Positions 17,895-25,785 of a stretch of DNA of 60,505 nt are shown piece after piece. The notes beneath the pieces were generated by a model. That model saw only the letters and a list, made by a program, of their open reading frames with translations. It was not told the DNA's origin and did no database searches. Where the stretch lies: the NCBI GenBank assembly GCA_030649055.1, contig JAUSGH010000013.1, positions 1 to 60,505 of the forward strand, written 5' to 3'. The translations under genes and the position numbers were made by a program. The stretch comes from a bacterium (GTDB lineage Bacteria; Patescibacteriota; Minisyncoccia; UBA6257; JAUSGH01). How positions within the stretch are numbered: the first letter of the stretch is position 1; each line of letters opens with the position of its first letter.

Positions 17895-17941
17895 GTAGAG
17901 TAATCGCAAATAACGCGAATCATTCGGCTTAATAATGCGAA
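17895..17941 (-). promoter_or_regulatory. ATTCGC(R)TTATT...GATTACTC motif abutting the tRNA-Glu 5' end
   Basis: Gene orientation: attcgcattattaagccgaatgattcgcgttatttgcgattactctac|GGTCC. The same motif abuts five start codons elsewhere in the window. Confidence 0.5.
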
Positions 17942-19180
17942 TTAGCTCTTTGCGGACTCGCGCAAAGCATCAACAACGGTATCAAGCCCAATACCGCGTG
18001 ACGCCTTTATTAAAACCAAATCTCCGGATTTTAGCAAGTTTTTAATAACAGGAACGGCGTCTTTCGCGACTGAAACGCTGACAATATTTTTCTTTGCTAA
18101 TCCGGAATGCTCCGCGATGATGCGTGCTTTTTCACCGACGGTCACCAGCACATCAAGCACCTTGCCGGCGTATTCCCCAATACTCGCGTGCGCTTCGTCG
18201 GATGCGCCTCCTAACTCCAGCATATCACCGAGGACACCGACCGCGCGTTTTGGTTTTAACGACTTCACCACATCCAGCGCCGCCCTCATGGAAAGTGGCG
18301 ACGCGTTATACGTATCGTCAATAAGGTTCGCGCCATTCGCGCCGCGAACAATCGCCATGCGGTGCTTCGCGGGTACATAATTTTTTTCAACCGACGACGC
18401 CAATTGCGCCAAATTGCCGCCTAACGAAAGCCCCGCCGCAACGCCGAAAGCGGCCGCATACGCGTGTGATTTTCCAAGCACGCCCATAAGGCGCACCGAC
18501 ACACTGTTTCTCCGATATTCAAGTTTAAATGTTACTCCGACGGGACGCCCATCTTCAAGCTCCTGATTAACTACGCTTGTGACGCGCACGTCGGCATTTG
18601 CCTTTGTTCCGACCGTCATCACATGGGCGCGCGTACGCTCCTTCATCGCAAGAACGTTTTTATCATCGGCGTTCAGTATCACAACGCCGTTTGCAAGCAC
18701 AGCTTCCACTAGTCGCGCTTTTTCACGTATCAGGTCTTCCGCGCTTTTAAAAAACTCCAGATGCGCCGGCACCTCGCCCATGGCGGTCACAATACTGACC
18801 ACCGGTTTTGCAATCTCCAAAAGATATCTCATGTCACCGGGCTTTTGCACGCCGTACTCCAGCACAAGAATTTCGGGGTACGCCGTTTTCTGGACAATAT
18901 TCCAAAAGCCACGAACAACAACCTTCAGCCAAAAAAACACGCCTTCAATTTTTTTCCAATCGCCCAAAATCGCGAGCGGCGCGCCCAGTTCATTATTAAA
19001 ATTCCCACGCGAGCGGCGAACATTAGCCGTGTCTTTCAGCGCCGCGTATACCGCTTCCTTGGCCGATGTTTTCCCCACGCTTCCGGTAATAGCAATAACC
19101 CGCGGATGATATTTCGCAATTATCGCCTGCGCGAGCCACTTCAGAATACTCTGCAATTGTCTGATTAAAAAATCTTTCAC
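17942..19180 (-). CDS. murF: UDP-N-acetylmuramoyl-tripeptide--D-alanyl-D-alanine ligase
   Basis: 412 aa. Mur ligase P-loop ITGSVGKTSAKE and MurF-type C-terminal domain. GTG start. Confidence 0.9.
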   Translation of the reverse strand: MKDFLIRQLQSILKWLAQAIIAKYHPRVIAITGSVGKTSAKEAVYAALKDTANVRRSRGNFNNELGAPLAILGDWKKIEGVFFWLKVVVRGFWNIVQKTAYPEILVLEYGVQKPGDMRYLLEIAKPVVSIVTAMGEVPAHLEFFKSAEDLIREKARLVEAVLANGVVILNADDKNVLAMKERTRAHVMTVGTKANADVRVTSVVNQELEDGRPVGVTFKLEYRRNSVSVRLMGVLGKSHAYAAAFGVAAGLSLGGNLAQLASSVEKNYVPAKHRMAIVRGANGANLIDDTYNASPLSMRAALDVVKSLKPKRAVGVLGDMLELGGASDEAHASIGEYAGKVLDVLVTVGEKARIIAEHSGLAKKNIVSVSVAKDAVPVIKNLLKSGDLVLIKASRGIGLDTVVDALRESAKS

Positions 19181-19183
19181 AAT

Positions 19184-19248
19184 ATTGTATTCCTTCGACT
19201 CCGCTCAGGAAATATTATTTGCTGAGCTTGTCGAAGCATTACCTTAAT
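19184..19248. repeat. Composite intergenic repeat, copy 2 (murF/ftsI junction)
   Basis: attgtattccttcgactccgctcaggaaatattatttgctgagcttgtcgaagcattaccttaatt. Confidence 0.8.
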
Positions 19249-20902
19249 TCGTTGTTTGTGCGTCCGGCGGTACATCATAGTATTGCAACAAAAACTCCGC
19301 GAGCTCCCGAAACGCCGGAACAACCGTCGCGCCCGCGAGCGGCGCGCCTTTCGGCTTATCTAGTTTTATCAGAATAACGAAGCGTGGGTCAAATGCCGGG
19401 GCATACCCGGCATACGAATTAATGACGTCGTTCCCATAGCCGCCCTTTTTCAGATCCGCGACTTGCGCTGTTCCGGTTTTTCCCGCGACTTCATATCCGG
19501 GGATATCAGCGATTTTCCCCTCCTTTACGGCCGCAACCATCATGCGCGTCGTCGCCTCCGCCGCGGATTCCGACACCACGCGGCGCACCATCTGCGGTGG
19601 TTCATCGCCCAATATTCTCGGCTTCATCAGCGTGCCGCCGTTCGCGAGCGCCGAAACAGCTCCGATCATCTCCAGTGGCGTTACGGAAATTCCCTGCCCG
19701 AACGATGCCGTCGCGAAATTGATTTCCCTCGCGTTACGCACAAGGTTCCGCAGATTTCCCGCAAGTTCTCCGGGTAGTCCGATGCCGGTCGGATCATTAA
19801 AACCAAAATTGACCAAATAATTATAAAAGCGGTCATCGCCGAGCTTCCGCTCCGCGAACGCGGCGCCGGTGTTGATGGAGTGCGTGATGACATCGGTCAT
19901 CGTTGTTTTGCCATACGCCTTCAAGTCCCAATTCCGGATGGTTTTCCCGTTCAGCGTCAAAAATCCGACATCATAAAACGCGGTGTCCGGCGTGACCTTC
20001 CCTGCGTCCAACGCACCCGCCATCGTAAGAATTTTTGTAATGGAACCCGGCTCGTAGAGCGCCTGCGCCGCGGGATTCAAAAAGTTTCCCAGCGGAAACT
20101 TCGCGTATGTGTTCGGATCAAACGTGGGATAGTTTGCCAACGCGCGGATATTTCCTGTTTTCGGCTCCTGGACAATGATTGTTCCTCCGGTCGCTTCGTG
20201 TTCACTTACCAGCCGTTCAAGCACTTCTTCAACCCGCGCCTCAATGTTGCGGTCAAGCGTCAAATGCAAATCGTGTCCCGCCAGCGGCTTCTCAATTTTG
20301 TCACCCTCCACCGCCCCGGGCGAACCGGCGAGCAATGCATTATACTGCGCCTCAATGCCATAGCGCCCGACTTCCCGGTTATCGCTTCCTGAACCGACAT
20401 AGCCAAGCACCTGCGCCGCCAAACTTCCGAACGGATAATAACGATAATCCTCGCTATCAACGTAGACGCCTTTCACGTTCGCGTCCCGCACGCGCTGCAC
20501 CTCCTCGGCAGTCGCGCGCTTGACCAAAAGCTCATACGGGTCATTGCTTTTGGAAAGCATCGTTTTTATTTTTTCAATATCCACACCCAACGCGTTGCTT
20601 AACAACGCGCTTCCCTCTTCAACGTCTTCAATTTCTTTCGGCGCGACATATATCGTTGGGTATGCCTTATTAATTGCCGCCGGGATGCTGTTGCTGTACT
20701 TGTCCGTGAGATAGATGCCGCCCCGCGGCGGCGCGAGATATCCCGCCAGCCGGTGCTGCGCTTCGGCTCGCGCGGCATAATATTTCCCTTTGGCGATTTG
20801 GAGATTATACAGATTCGTGATGAGCGCGCCGTACATACCAAACAAAAAAACGATGACGCATACTAATCGCGCGGACGAAATTGATGAGCGGGAAATGGTC
20901 AT
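19244..20902 (-). CDS. ftsI: Penicillin-binding protein (FtsI/PBP2-type transpeptidase)
   Basis: 552 aa. N-terminal TM helix, SxxK (SITK), SxN (SIN), KTG (KTGT). Confidence 0.9.
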   Translation of the reverse strand: MTISRSSISSARLVCVIVFLFGMYGALITNLYNLQIAKGKYYAARAEAQHRLAGYLAPPRGGIYLTDKYSNSIPAAINKAYPTIYVAPKEIEDVEEGSALLSNALGVDIEKIKTMLSKSNDPYELLVKRATAEEVQRVRDANVKGVYVDSEDYRYYPFGSLAAQVLGYVGSGSDNREVGRYGIEAQYNALLAGSPGAVEGDKIEKPLAGHDLHLTLDRNIEARVEEVLERLVSEHEATGGTIIVQEPKTGNIRALANYPTFDPNTYAKFPLGNFLNPAAQALYEPGSITKILTMAGALDAGKVTPDTAFYDVGFLTLNGKTIRNWDLKAYGKTTMTDVITHSINTGAAFAERKLGDDRFYNYLVNFGFNDPTGIGLPGELAGNLRNLVRNAREINFATASFGQGISVTPLEMIGAVSALANGGTLMKPRILGDEPPQMVRRVVSESAAEATTRMMVAAVKEGKIADIPGYEVAGKTGTAQVADLKKGGYGNDVINSYAGYAPAFDPRFVILIKLDKPKGAPLAGATVVPAFRELAEFLLQYYDVPPDAQTTN

Positions 20903-21027
20903 ACAAACTAAAAACTGAAATCAAAAAATTAAAAACGACAATCGAAAACTAAAATTTGTTAACCGAAAAATGGAGTCCTTGCGACGCCCAAGTTTATTTT
21001 ACCATCACAACGACCCGCAGAGCGAAC

Positions 21028-21342
21028 TTACCGCGCCGCGAGCACGGGCGCCTTATCCTCCTCGACGTACTCCGGACGCGTGATGGGCGCGAACCCCAAA
21101 GCTTCCGCCGCGCGCCGAAGATTTTTCACGTCCGTTATGGTGTACAACGTATTTTTAAGTTCCGCGTTTTTTGCAAGCAAAGCTTGGTACTCTTGATCTT
21201 TTTCGCTGATGTCGTGCGTAATATTGACCGTTTTGTTGTAAAGCATGATGCTCCACGTCGCCACGCCAAGTAACGCCAAAAGACTCATCGCGAATACGAT
21301 GTTCGTCAAGCGGTTTGTTCGGTTGGGCTGGATGATGGTCAT
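21028..21342 (-). CDS. ftsL: Cell division protein FtsL-like
   Basis: 104 aa, a single TM helix then a coiled coil. Lies between rsmH and ftsI. Confidence 0.65.
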   Translation of the reverse strand: MTIIQPNRTNRLTNIVFAMSLLALLGVATWSIMLYNKTVNITHDISEKDQEYQALLAKNAELKNTLYTITDVKNLRRAAEALGFAPITRPEYVEEDKAPVLAAR

Positions 21343-21389
21343 TGGAGTAATCGCGAATAATGCGAATCTTCCGACTTAATAACGCGAAT
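21343..21389 (-). promoter_or_regulatory. ATTCGCGTTATT...ATTCGCATTATTCGCGATTACTCC motif abutting the ftsL start
   Basis: Gene orientation: attcgcgttattaagtcggaagattcgcattattcgcgattactccaATG. Confidence 0.5.
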
Positions 21390-22326
21390 AGAGGATAGAG
21401 GCGGGGCGGATGGCGAGCGCATCGCCCGATGCACCACTCTGTTTCACGCCAATAACGGCGGCGCGGAGTTTGGCGGAACGGGAACGCGGATTCGCAAGGA
21501 TTTCCTCGCGGGCGGGCACAATCACTTTTTTATTGATGAGCGTGAGTGTTCCGGATTTTGCGAGGTCACGCAGCACGTTCTTCGCGATGCGATCTTCTCC
21601 AGAATGGAATGTGATGACGGCGACTCTCCCGCCGTCACGCACGATATCCGGCAGATTCCGCAATATCGATTCCAGATTCTCGTATTCGTGGTTCGCGTAG
21701 ATGCGGAACGCCATAAACGTACGCGTCGCGGCGTGAATGCGCCCATGGGTGTACTGCACCGGCACCGCGCGGAGTACCGCGTCACGGAGGTCAAATGTTG
21801 TCTCAATCGGCTGCCGGCGCAAGGTGTTTTTGATTTCTCCGGCGATGCGACCTGCATAACGTTCTTCGCCGTATTTTTTAATGATGCCGGCAAGTTGTTC
21901 CTCGGAATGCGTGCGGAGTATTGCCATCACCGGCGTTGCCGCGGCATCAAGCGTCATCAGCAACGGCTCATTCACCTGAAACGAAAATCCCCTGCCGGAG
22001 GCCGCCAGCTCGTCCGAAGAAAGGCCAAGGTCCAGCAGTAGGCCGTCAGCGAGCCCAAGATTTTTTTCTTTCAAGATGTCGGGCAGTCGTACAAAGTTGG
22101 AGTTGACAGAAACAACATTTGACATTTGACATTTGACATTTGACGCAAAATTTTCAATCGCTTTTTGATCAGCATCAACGGCGAGCAACCGTCCCGTCTT
22201 CCCAATTCGTTCACAAATCAATTCGGCGTGTCCGCCGGCGCCCAATGTTCCGTCAATAAAAAACTCGCCCGGTTTTGGATCAAGCGCCGCGAGTACTTCA
22301 TTTTTAAGAACAGGTTTGTGAATCAT
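21376..22326 (-). CDS. rsmH: 16S rRNA (cytosine1402-N4)-methyltransferase
   Basis: 316 aa. HKPVL N-terminus, DGTLGAGGHA SAM-binding motif, LGLSSDELA. Confidence 0.92.
   Translation of the reverse strand: MIHKPVLKNEVLAALDPKPGEFFIDGTLGAGGHAELICERIGKTGRLLAVDADQKAIENFASNVKCQMSNVVSVNSNFVRLPDILKEKNLGLADGLLLDLGLSSDELAASGRGFSFQVNEPLLMTLDAAATPVMAILRTHSEEQLAGIIKKYGEERYAGRIAGEIKNTLRRQPIETTFDLRDAVLRAVPVQYTHGRIHAATRTFMAFRIYANHEYENLESILRNLPDIVRDGGRVAVITFHSGEDRIAKNVLRDLAKSGTLTLINKKVIVPAREEILANPRSRSAKLRAAVIGVKQSGASGDALAIRPASILYSRY
22116..22143. repeat. 7-nt tandem repeat x4 (TCAAATG on the coding strand) inside rsmH
   Basis: catttga x4 on the plus strand. Encodes SNVKCQMSNV. Confidence 0.95.
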
Positions 22327-22340
22327 TGGTTCTCACGAAG

Positions 22341-22772
22341 CTAAATTCCTAATTCCCCCAGCTTTTCCGCAATCTCATCGGACGCCAATTCGGTTTTGGT
22401 GCGATATTCTTTCCACGCTGTTTCATCCCATACTTCAATGCGATTGTACACGCCCGCCACTACCGCGACTTTTGAAAGTCCCGCGTATGCACGGAGATGT
22501 TCGGGAATCAAGACTCTCCCCTGCGCGTCAAATTCCACATCAGTCGCACCCGACATCATGAATCGCGAAAACGCGCGCGCGCCGGATTGCGAAATCGGAA
22601 GCGCGGTCACTTTTGCCGCAAGCGTTTCCCACTCCGCGGCATTAAATATGAAAAGACATTTATCAAGCCCGCGCGTGATAATGGCGCCGTTTCCCAGCTT
22701 GCCTCGAAACTTTGCCGGCACCGCCATGCGACCCTTCGCGTCAATATTGTGTTGATATTCGCCGATGAACAT
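22341..22772 (-). CDS. mraZ: Transcriptional regulator MraZ
   Basis: Start chosen at MFIGEYQHNIDAKGR (22772). Two SpoVT/AbrB-like halves (DAKGRMAVPAKFR / DAQGRVLIPEHLR). Confidence 0.9.
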   Translation of the reverse strand: MFIGEYQHNIDAKGRMAVPAKFRGKLGNGAIITRGLDKCLFIFNAAEWETLAAKVTALPISQSGARAFSRFMMSGATDVEFDAQGRVLIPEHLRAYAGLSKVAVVAGVYNRIEVWDETAWKEYRTKTELASDEIAEKLGELGI

Positions 22773-22820
22773 GGAGTAATCGCTAATAATGCAAATTGAT
22801 TTCAAAATAATGCGAATCGC
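22773..22820 (-). promoter_or_regulatory. ATTCGCATTATT...GATTACTCC motif abutting the mraZ start
   Basis: Gene orientation: gcgattcgcattattttgaaatcaatttgcattattagcgattactccATG. Confidence 0.5.
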
Positions 22821-22990
22821 ACACCCTCGAGTTATGCACCGTTTCGTGAGTTCTCCCCACAGTTATCCACAATTCCCCACTACCCTTTTATACTACCCCA
22901 CTTTTCTCACTTGTGCCAAATAGTAATCGGGACCATGCAAGCATGGTCCCGACCGCTGATTTCCTACATTTTTTTGACTACCGAGCCGTG

Positions 22991-23494
22991 TTATCCACAG
23001 CTCCCTTTTTGCGACGCCCGTCGCGCCGCATTTACCTTCCCCCACCATCGCCTCCGCCGCAGCCTAGCATCTCTTTTTGTGATCCACATTGCGAGTCCGA
23101 ACGCGACGCCGGTACCGAGTGCGATGATCATCACCGCCGGCATCGGTTCAATCCGCTTGTCGAGCGTGAGCCATGCGACGCCGACAAACACCGGAATCGC
23201 TCTGAACCCGAACGCCCACGCCATCATCAGAGCAAACCCGGTCACAAAGAAGGCGACCGGAAAGGTCACTGCGGCGACTGCGACGACCGAGGTCGCTCCA
23301 TAGAATCGCGCCTCGTCTTCCTCCATACCGCTCTCGTGACCGGTGGTCACGTCACGCGCCGCCTTCATCGCGCGGTCGTCCGTGCACGCCTGCCACGTCG
23401 CCCATGTCGCGCCGACCATGCAGATCGACAAAACAATCAGCGCCTTGACGATGAATTCGCGAAGCTGCTCGCGATCACACTTCTTGTCCAACAC
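22991..23494 (-). CDS. Hypothetical membrane protein (GC-rich cassette gene)
   Basis: GTG start at 23494, 6 nt after AGGAGG. Several TM helices. Promoter at 23586..23614. Confidence 0.55.
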   Translation of the reverse strand: MLDKKCDREQLREFIVKALIVLSICMVGATWATWQACTDDRAMKAARDVTTGHESGMEEDEARFYGATSVVAVAAVTFPVAFFVTGFALMMAWAFGFRAIPVFVGVAWLTLDKRIEPMPAVMIIALGTGVAFGLAMWITKRDARLRRRRWWGKVNAARRASQKGSCG

Positions 23495-23585
23495 GATGAA
23501 CCTCCTACGATGTTGCGGAGGCAACGCGACGCCACTCACCGCGAGCGGCGCCTAGCTGCTTCCTTGATCACTTTACGCTGGAAAA

Positions 23586-23614
23586 AGCATAGCAGTTTCT
23601 GTTTGAAATGTCAA
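23586..23614 (-). promoter_or_regulatory. Consensus sigma70 promoter for 22991..23494
   Basis: Minus strand: TTGACA (23614-23609), 17-nt spacer, TATGCT (23591-23586). Confidence 0.6.
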
Positions 23615-23655
23615 ATATTGCAAGCCGCGTCATTTTGATTTACATTATAGACACT

Positions 23656-23727
23656 GGGCGCATAGTTTAATGGTAAAACGTTGCATTCACATTGCAAAGA
23701 CTCTTGGTCCGATTCCAAGTGCGCCCA
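23656..23727 (+). tRNA. tRNA-Val (anticodon CAC) with a non-canonical T-loop
   Basis: Hand-folded. Acceptor GGGCGCA/TGCGCCC, D arm GTTT-AATGGTA-AAAC, anticodon arm TTGCA-TTCACAT-TGCAA, T arm CTTGG-TCCGATT-CCAAG (position 55 is C, not U), discriminator A. Confidence 0.7.
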
Positions 23728-23769
23728 CATATAAAAACAAGCGGATGCCCGCTTGTTTTTATATGTGGG
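23724..23769. terminator. Perfect 21-bp hairpin overlapping the tRNA-Val 3' end
   Basis: cccacatataaaaacaagcgg-atgc-ccgcttgtttttatatgtggg. Confidence 0.6.
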
Positions 23770-23887
23770 CGAATCGGACGGGAAAGGGGTCGGGGAAACG
23801 GGAGTTTCCCCGTGGCGGAAGTATTGAAACCGCTGGGTTTCAAGGAGGTCAGCCGAAGGCGACCGACGTTCGATTCCAGTGCGCCCA
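23767..23887 (+). other. tRNA-like 121-nt element: acceptor-like ends and a TTCGATT loop around three perfect hairpins (pseudo-tRNA or unknown small RNA)
   Basis: 5' GGGCGAA and 3' TTCGATTCCAGTGCGCCCA mimic the tRNA-Val ends. Internal hairpins GGGGAAAC-GGGA-GTTTCCCC, TTGAAACC-GCTG-GGTTTCAA and GGTCAGCC-GAA-GGCGACC. I could not fold it into a cloverleaf. Confidence 0.3.
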
Positions 23888-23888
23888 C

Positions 23889-23923
23889 AAATAATAAAAC
23901 CCCCTAGGGGGGTTTTATTATTT
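23889..23923. terminator. Bidirectional terminator hairpin (downstream of rplL and of the tRNA-like element)
   Basis: aaataataaaaccccc-ta-ggggggttttattattt. Confidence 0.7.
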
Positions 23924-23956
23924 TGCGCATCTTGGAATCGGACGGGAACGGGGACT

Positions 23957-24325
23957 TTACTGCAATTCCACCGTTGCACCAGCGGCTTCCAGCTTCTTCT
24001 TCAACTCTTCCGCGTCCTCTTTCTTCAATCCCTCTTTGACCACCTTCGGCGAGGCGTCCACCATGTCCTTCGCTTCTTTTAAGCCAAGACCGGTTACTTC
24101 GCGCAACACCTTGATGACCTGAATCTTCTGCTCGCCGCCTGTTTTGAGCATCACCTTCCAGGAGGTCTTCTCTTCGGCTTCGGCCACTGCCGCGCCTGCG
24201 CCCGCCGCCGCGACCGGCATCGCCGCCGAAATACCGAACTTCACCTCCATCGCTTTCACGAGCTCCGAGAGCTCCATCGCGTTCAACACTTCAATCTTTG
24301 ATAAGATTTCGTCGTAATTTGCCAT
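23957..24325 (-). CDS. rplL: 50S ribosomal protein L7/L12
   Basis: 122 aa. Ala-rich hinge ([14 protein letters not shown]) and C-terminal [12 protein letters not shown]...[15 protein letters not shown]. Confidence 0.95.
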   Translation of the reverse strand: MANYDEILSKIEVLNAMELSELVKAMEVKFGISAAMPVAAAGAGAAVAEAEEKTSWKVMLKTGGEQKIQVIKVLREVTGLGLKEAKDMVDASPKVVKEGLKKEDAEELKKKLEAAGATVELQ

Positions 24326-24329
24326 ATAT

Positions 24330-24848
24330 TTATGCAGTTGTTTTTTCTAATTGTTCTTTTCGACCGTTGAGCCCAACCATTACTTTTTTGACCGGCATCG
24401 TGAGCATCATCGCGATCTGCGCCAGAAGCACTTCGCGCGACGGCAACTTCGCAATCGTAGCGAACTGTGGGGCATCGTAGAACTTTTTCTCGCCCGCATC
24501 ATACGCGCCCATCACTTTGAAGTCAACTTTCGCCTTCTTCAAAAGATCTTTCGCGAACTTATACACGGTGCCCGCGACATCGTATACCGCTTTTGGCGCG
24601 AACACGGTGCCAAGCTGACCCGGAAACTGTTTCAGATCAACCGCAACGCCCACGTCTTTCATCGCGATATTCAAGAGCCGCTTCTTAAACACTTTGTACG
24701 TCGCGCCAAATGCCCGCAACGCGGTTTTCAGATTCTTCACGTCGGCGGTTTTAACACCGGTGAAATCCGCGAAAATCAAACTCTTCGCGTTTTTGAGCTC
24801 TTTCGCGCCACGTTCAACCTGCTCTTTCTTTTGTATTTTTGTAAGCAT
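24330..24848 (-). CDS. rplJ: 50S ribosomal protein L10
   Basis: 172 aa, directly upstream of rplL, with an L10-like N-terminal region. Confidence 0.9.
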   Translation of the reverse strand: MLTKIQKKEQVERGAKELKNAKSLIFADFTGVKTADVKNLKTALRAFGATYKVFKKRLLNIAMKDVGVAVDLKQFPGQLGTVFAPKAVYDVAGTVYKFAKDLLKKAKVDFKVMGAYDAGEKKFYDAPQFATIAKLPSREVLLAQIAMMLTMPVKKVMVGLNGRKEQLEKTTA

Positions 24849-25045
24849 GATTTAGCTTCGTTAGCTGCATTAGCTTCGTTAGCTTCATTAGACAAAGAAG
24901 CGATAAGCTAAAGCACTAAAAAAAATAGCGACCTTTTGAGTCGCGCAGGGATTCGTCCATCGGCTACACTTTGGCCTACGAACAAATGCCATCCTCGATA
25001 GGTCTTGCGCCGCTTTATCGCGACCGCCTATTGTCTGCGGACTGT
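24849..25045 (-). ncRNA. Candidate rplJ 5' leader (possible L10-leader-type autoregulatory RNA)
   Basis: About 200 nt of non-coding sequence between promoter 25052..25081 and the rplJ ATG. It contains GC-rich pairing segments (ggcggtcgcgataaagcggcgc) and a 9-nt periodic AAYGMAGCT array next to the ATG. The assignment is by position only. Confidence 0.35.
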
Positions 25046-25051
25046 ATAAAT

Positions 25052-25081
25052 AATGTAGCAAAGTTGCACAGCGGTTGTCAA
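25052..25081 (-). promoter_or_regulatory. sigma70-like promoter for rplJ-rplL
   Basis: Minus strand: TTGACA (25081-25076), 18-nt spacer, TACATT (25057-25052). Confidence 0.5.
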
Positions 25082-25103
25082 ATGATGCGCGAATCGCTAT
25101 ATT
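25075..25103 (+). promoter_or_regulatory. sigma70-like promoter for 25134..25619, sharing its -35 with the divergent rplJ promoter
   Basis: TTGTCA (25075-25080), 17-nt spacer, TATATT (25098-25103). Confidence 0.5.
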
Positions 25104-25133
25104 GAAGTCAGTTTTGACACAAGGAGAATCGTC

Positions 25134-25619
25134 ATGAAACGCAGTTATACCACGCGAGAGTTGCTCCGTTCTCCGGAGCTCATCCTGCTTCCCGCGCTCG
25201 CGAACACGCTCATCCGAGAATCGTGCAGTCGGGACGCAATCGCGATCGCGCAACATCCCGCGCGGTGGATGCGCCGGCGCGTCACCAAGGAAACACGCGA
25301 CGGGGCGGGAAGAATTCTGCGCGAGACGCCGTTGCTCAGCAACATCGCAGCGCATCTCATCACCGTGGCGAAGCGGTTTGTCACGAACGTTCCGCGGCCG
25401 AAGTCAGAATCGTACAAAAAAATCGCGCGCGATGCCAAGCGCTACCTCGCGCTGCGCGTGCAGCAACACGCGTCCGACAATGAGCTTCTGGCAATCACTG
25501 TGTTCATTGAGGCGCTCGGCTACGAACGCGTATCGTGCCGCTTGAGGCAAGTCAAGAGCTTCCGGGACATGAAGCCCAAGAATGATGGGGCCTACATGAG
25601 TCGCGATTCCCGCTGGTAA
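25134..25619 (+). CDS. Hypothetical protein (GC-rich cassette gene)
   Basis: 161 aa. SD aaggag lies 7 nt before the ATG. Confidence 0.5.
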   Translation: MKRSYTTRELLRSPELILLPALANTLIRESCSRDAIAIAQHPARWMRRRVTKETRDGAGRILRETPLLSNIAAHLITVAKRFVTNVPRPKSESYKKIARDAKRYLALRVQQHASDNELLAITVFIEALGYERVSCRLRQVKSFRDMKPKNDGAYMSRDSRW

Positions 25620-25689
25620 ATCCCCACACAACGACGCACGGGCCCTTCGTCTCACGACTGAGGGCCTTTCGCATTTTATTCTCTATCCT

Positions 25690-25784
25690 GTCATTCCGGG
25701 CTTGACCCGGAATCCAGTTTGTTCACTCTGGATTCCCGCCTTTCCGCCTGAAGCGGATCCTCCTCCGGAGGACGCGGGAATGAC
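25690..25784. repeat. Composite GTCATTCC...GGAATCCAG-family element, mirror image of 14603..14699
   Basis: gtcattccgggcttgacccggaatccag + spacer + ctggattcccgcctttccgcctgaagcggatcctcctccggaggacgcgggaatgac. It abuts the trmD stop codon. Confidence 0.9.
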
Positions 25785-25785
25785 A

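Noticed and set aside
22913-23638. 241-aa plus-strand ORF, and the 130-aa ORF at 22911..23303
   Set aside because: Antisense to the membrane-protein frame 22991..23494, which has an SD, a consensus promoter and TM helices. The plus-strand translation is Arg/His/Pro-rich and runs into the promoter region.
23792-23843. Hairpin-rich segment whose minus strand reads GTTTCAATACTTCCGCCACGGGGAAAC, superficially like a CRISPR repeat
   Set aside because: It is a single occurrence with no spacer-repeat periodicity and no cas genes. It is part of the tRNA-like element.
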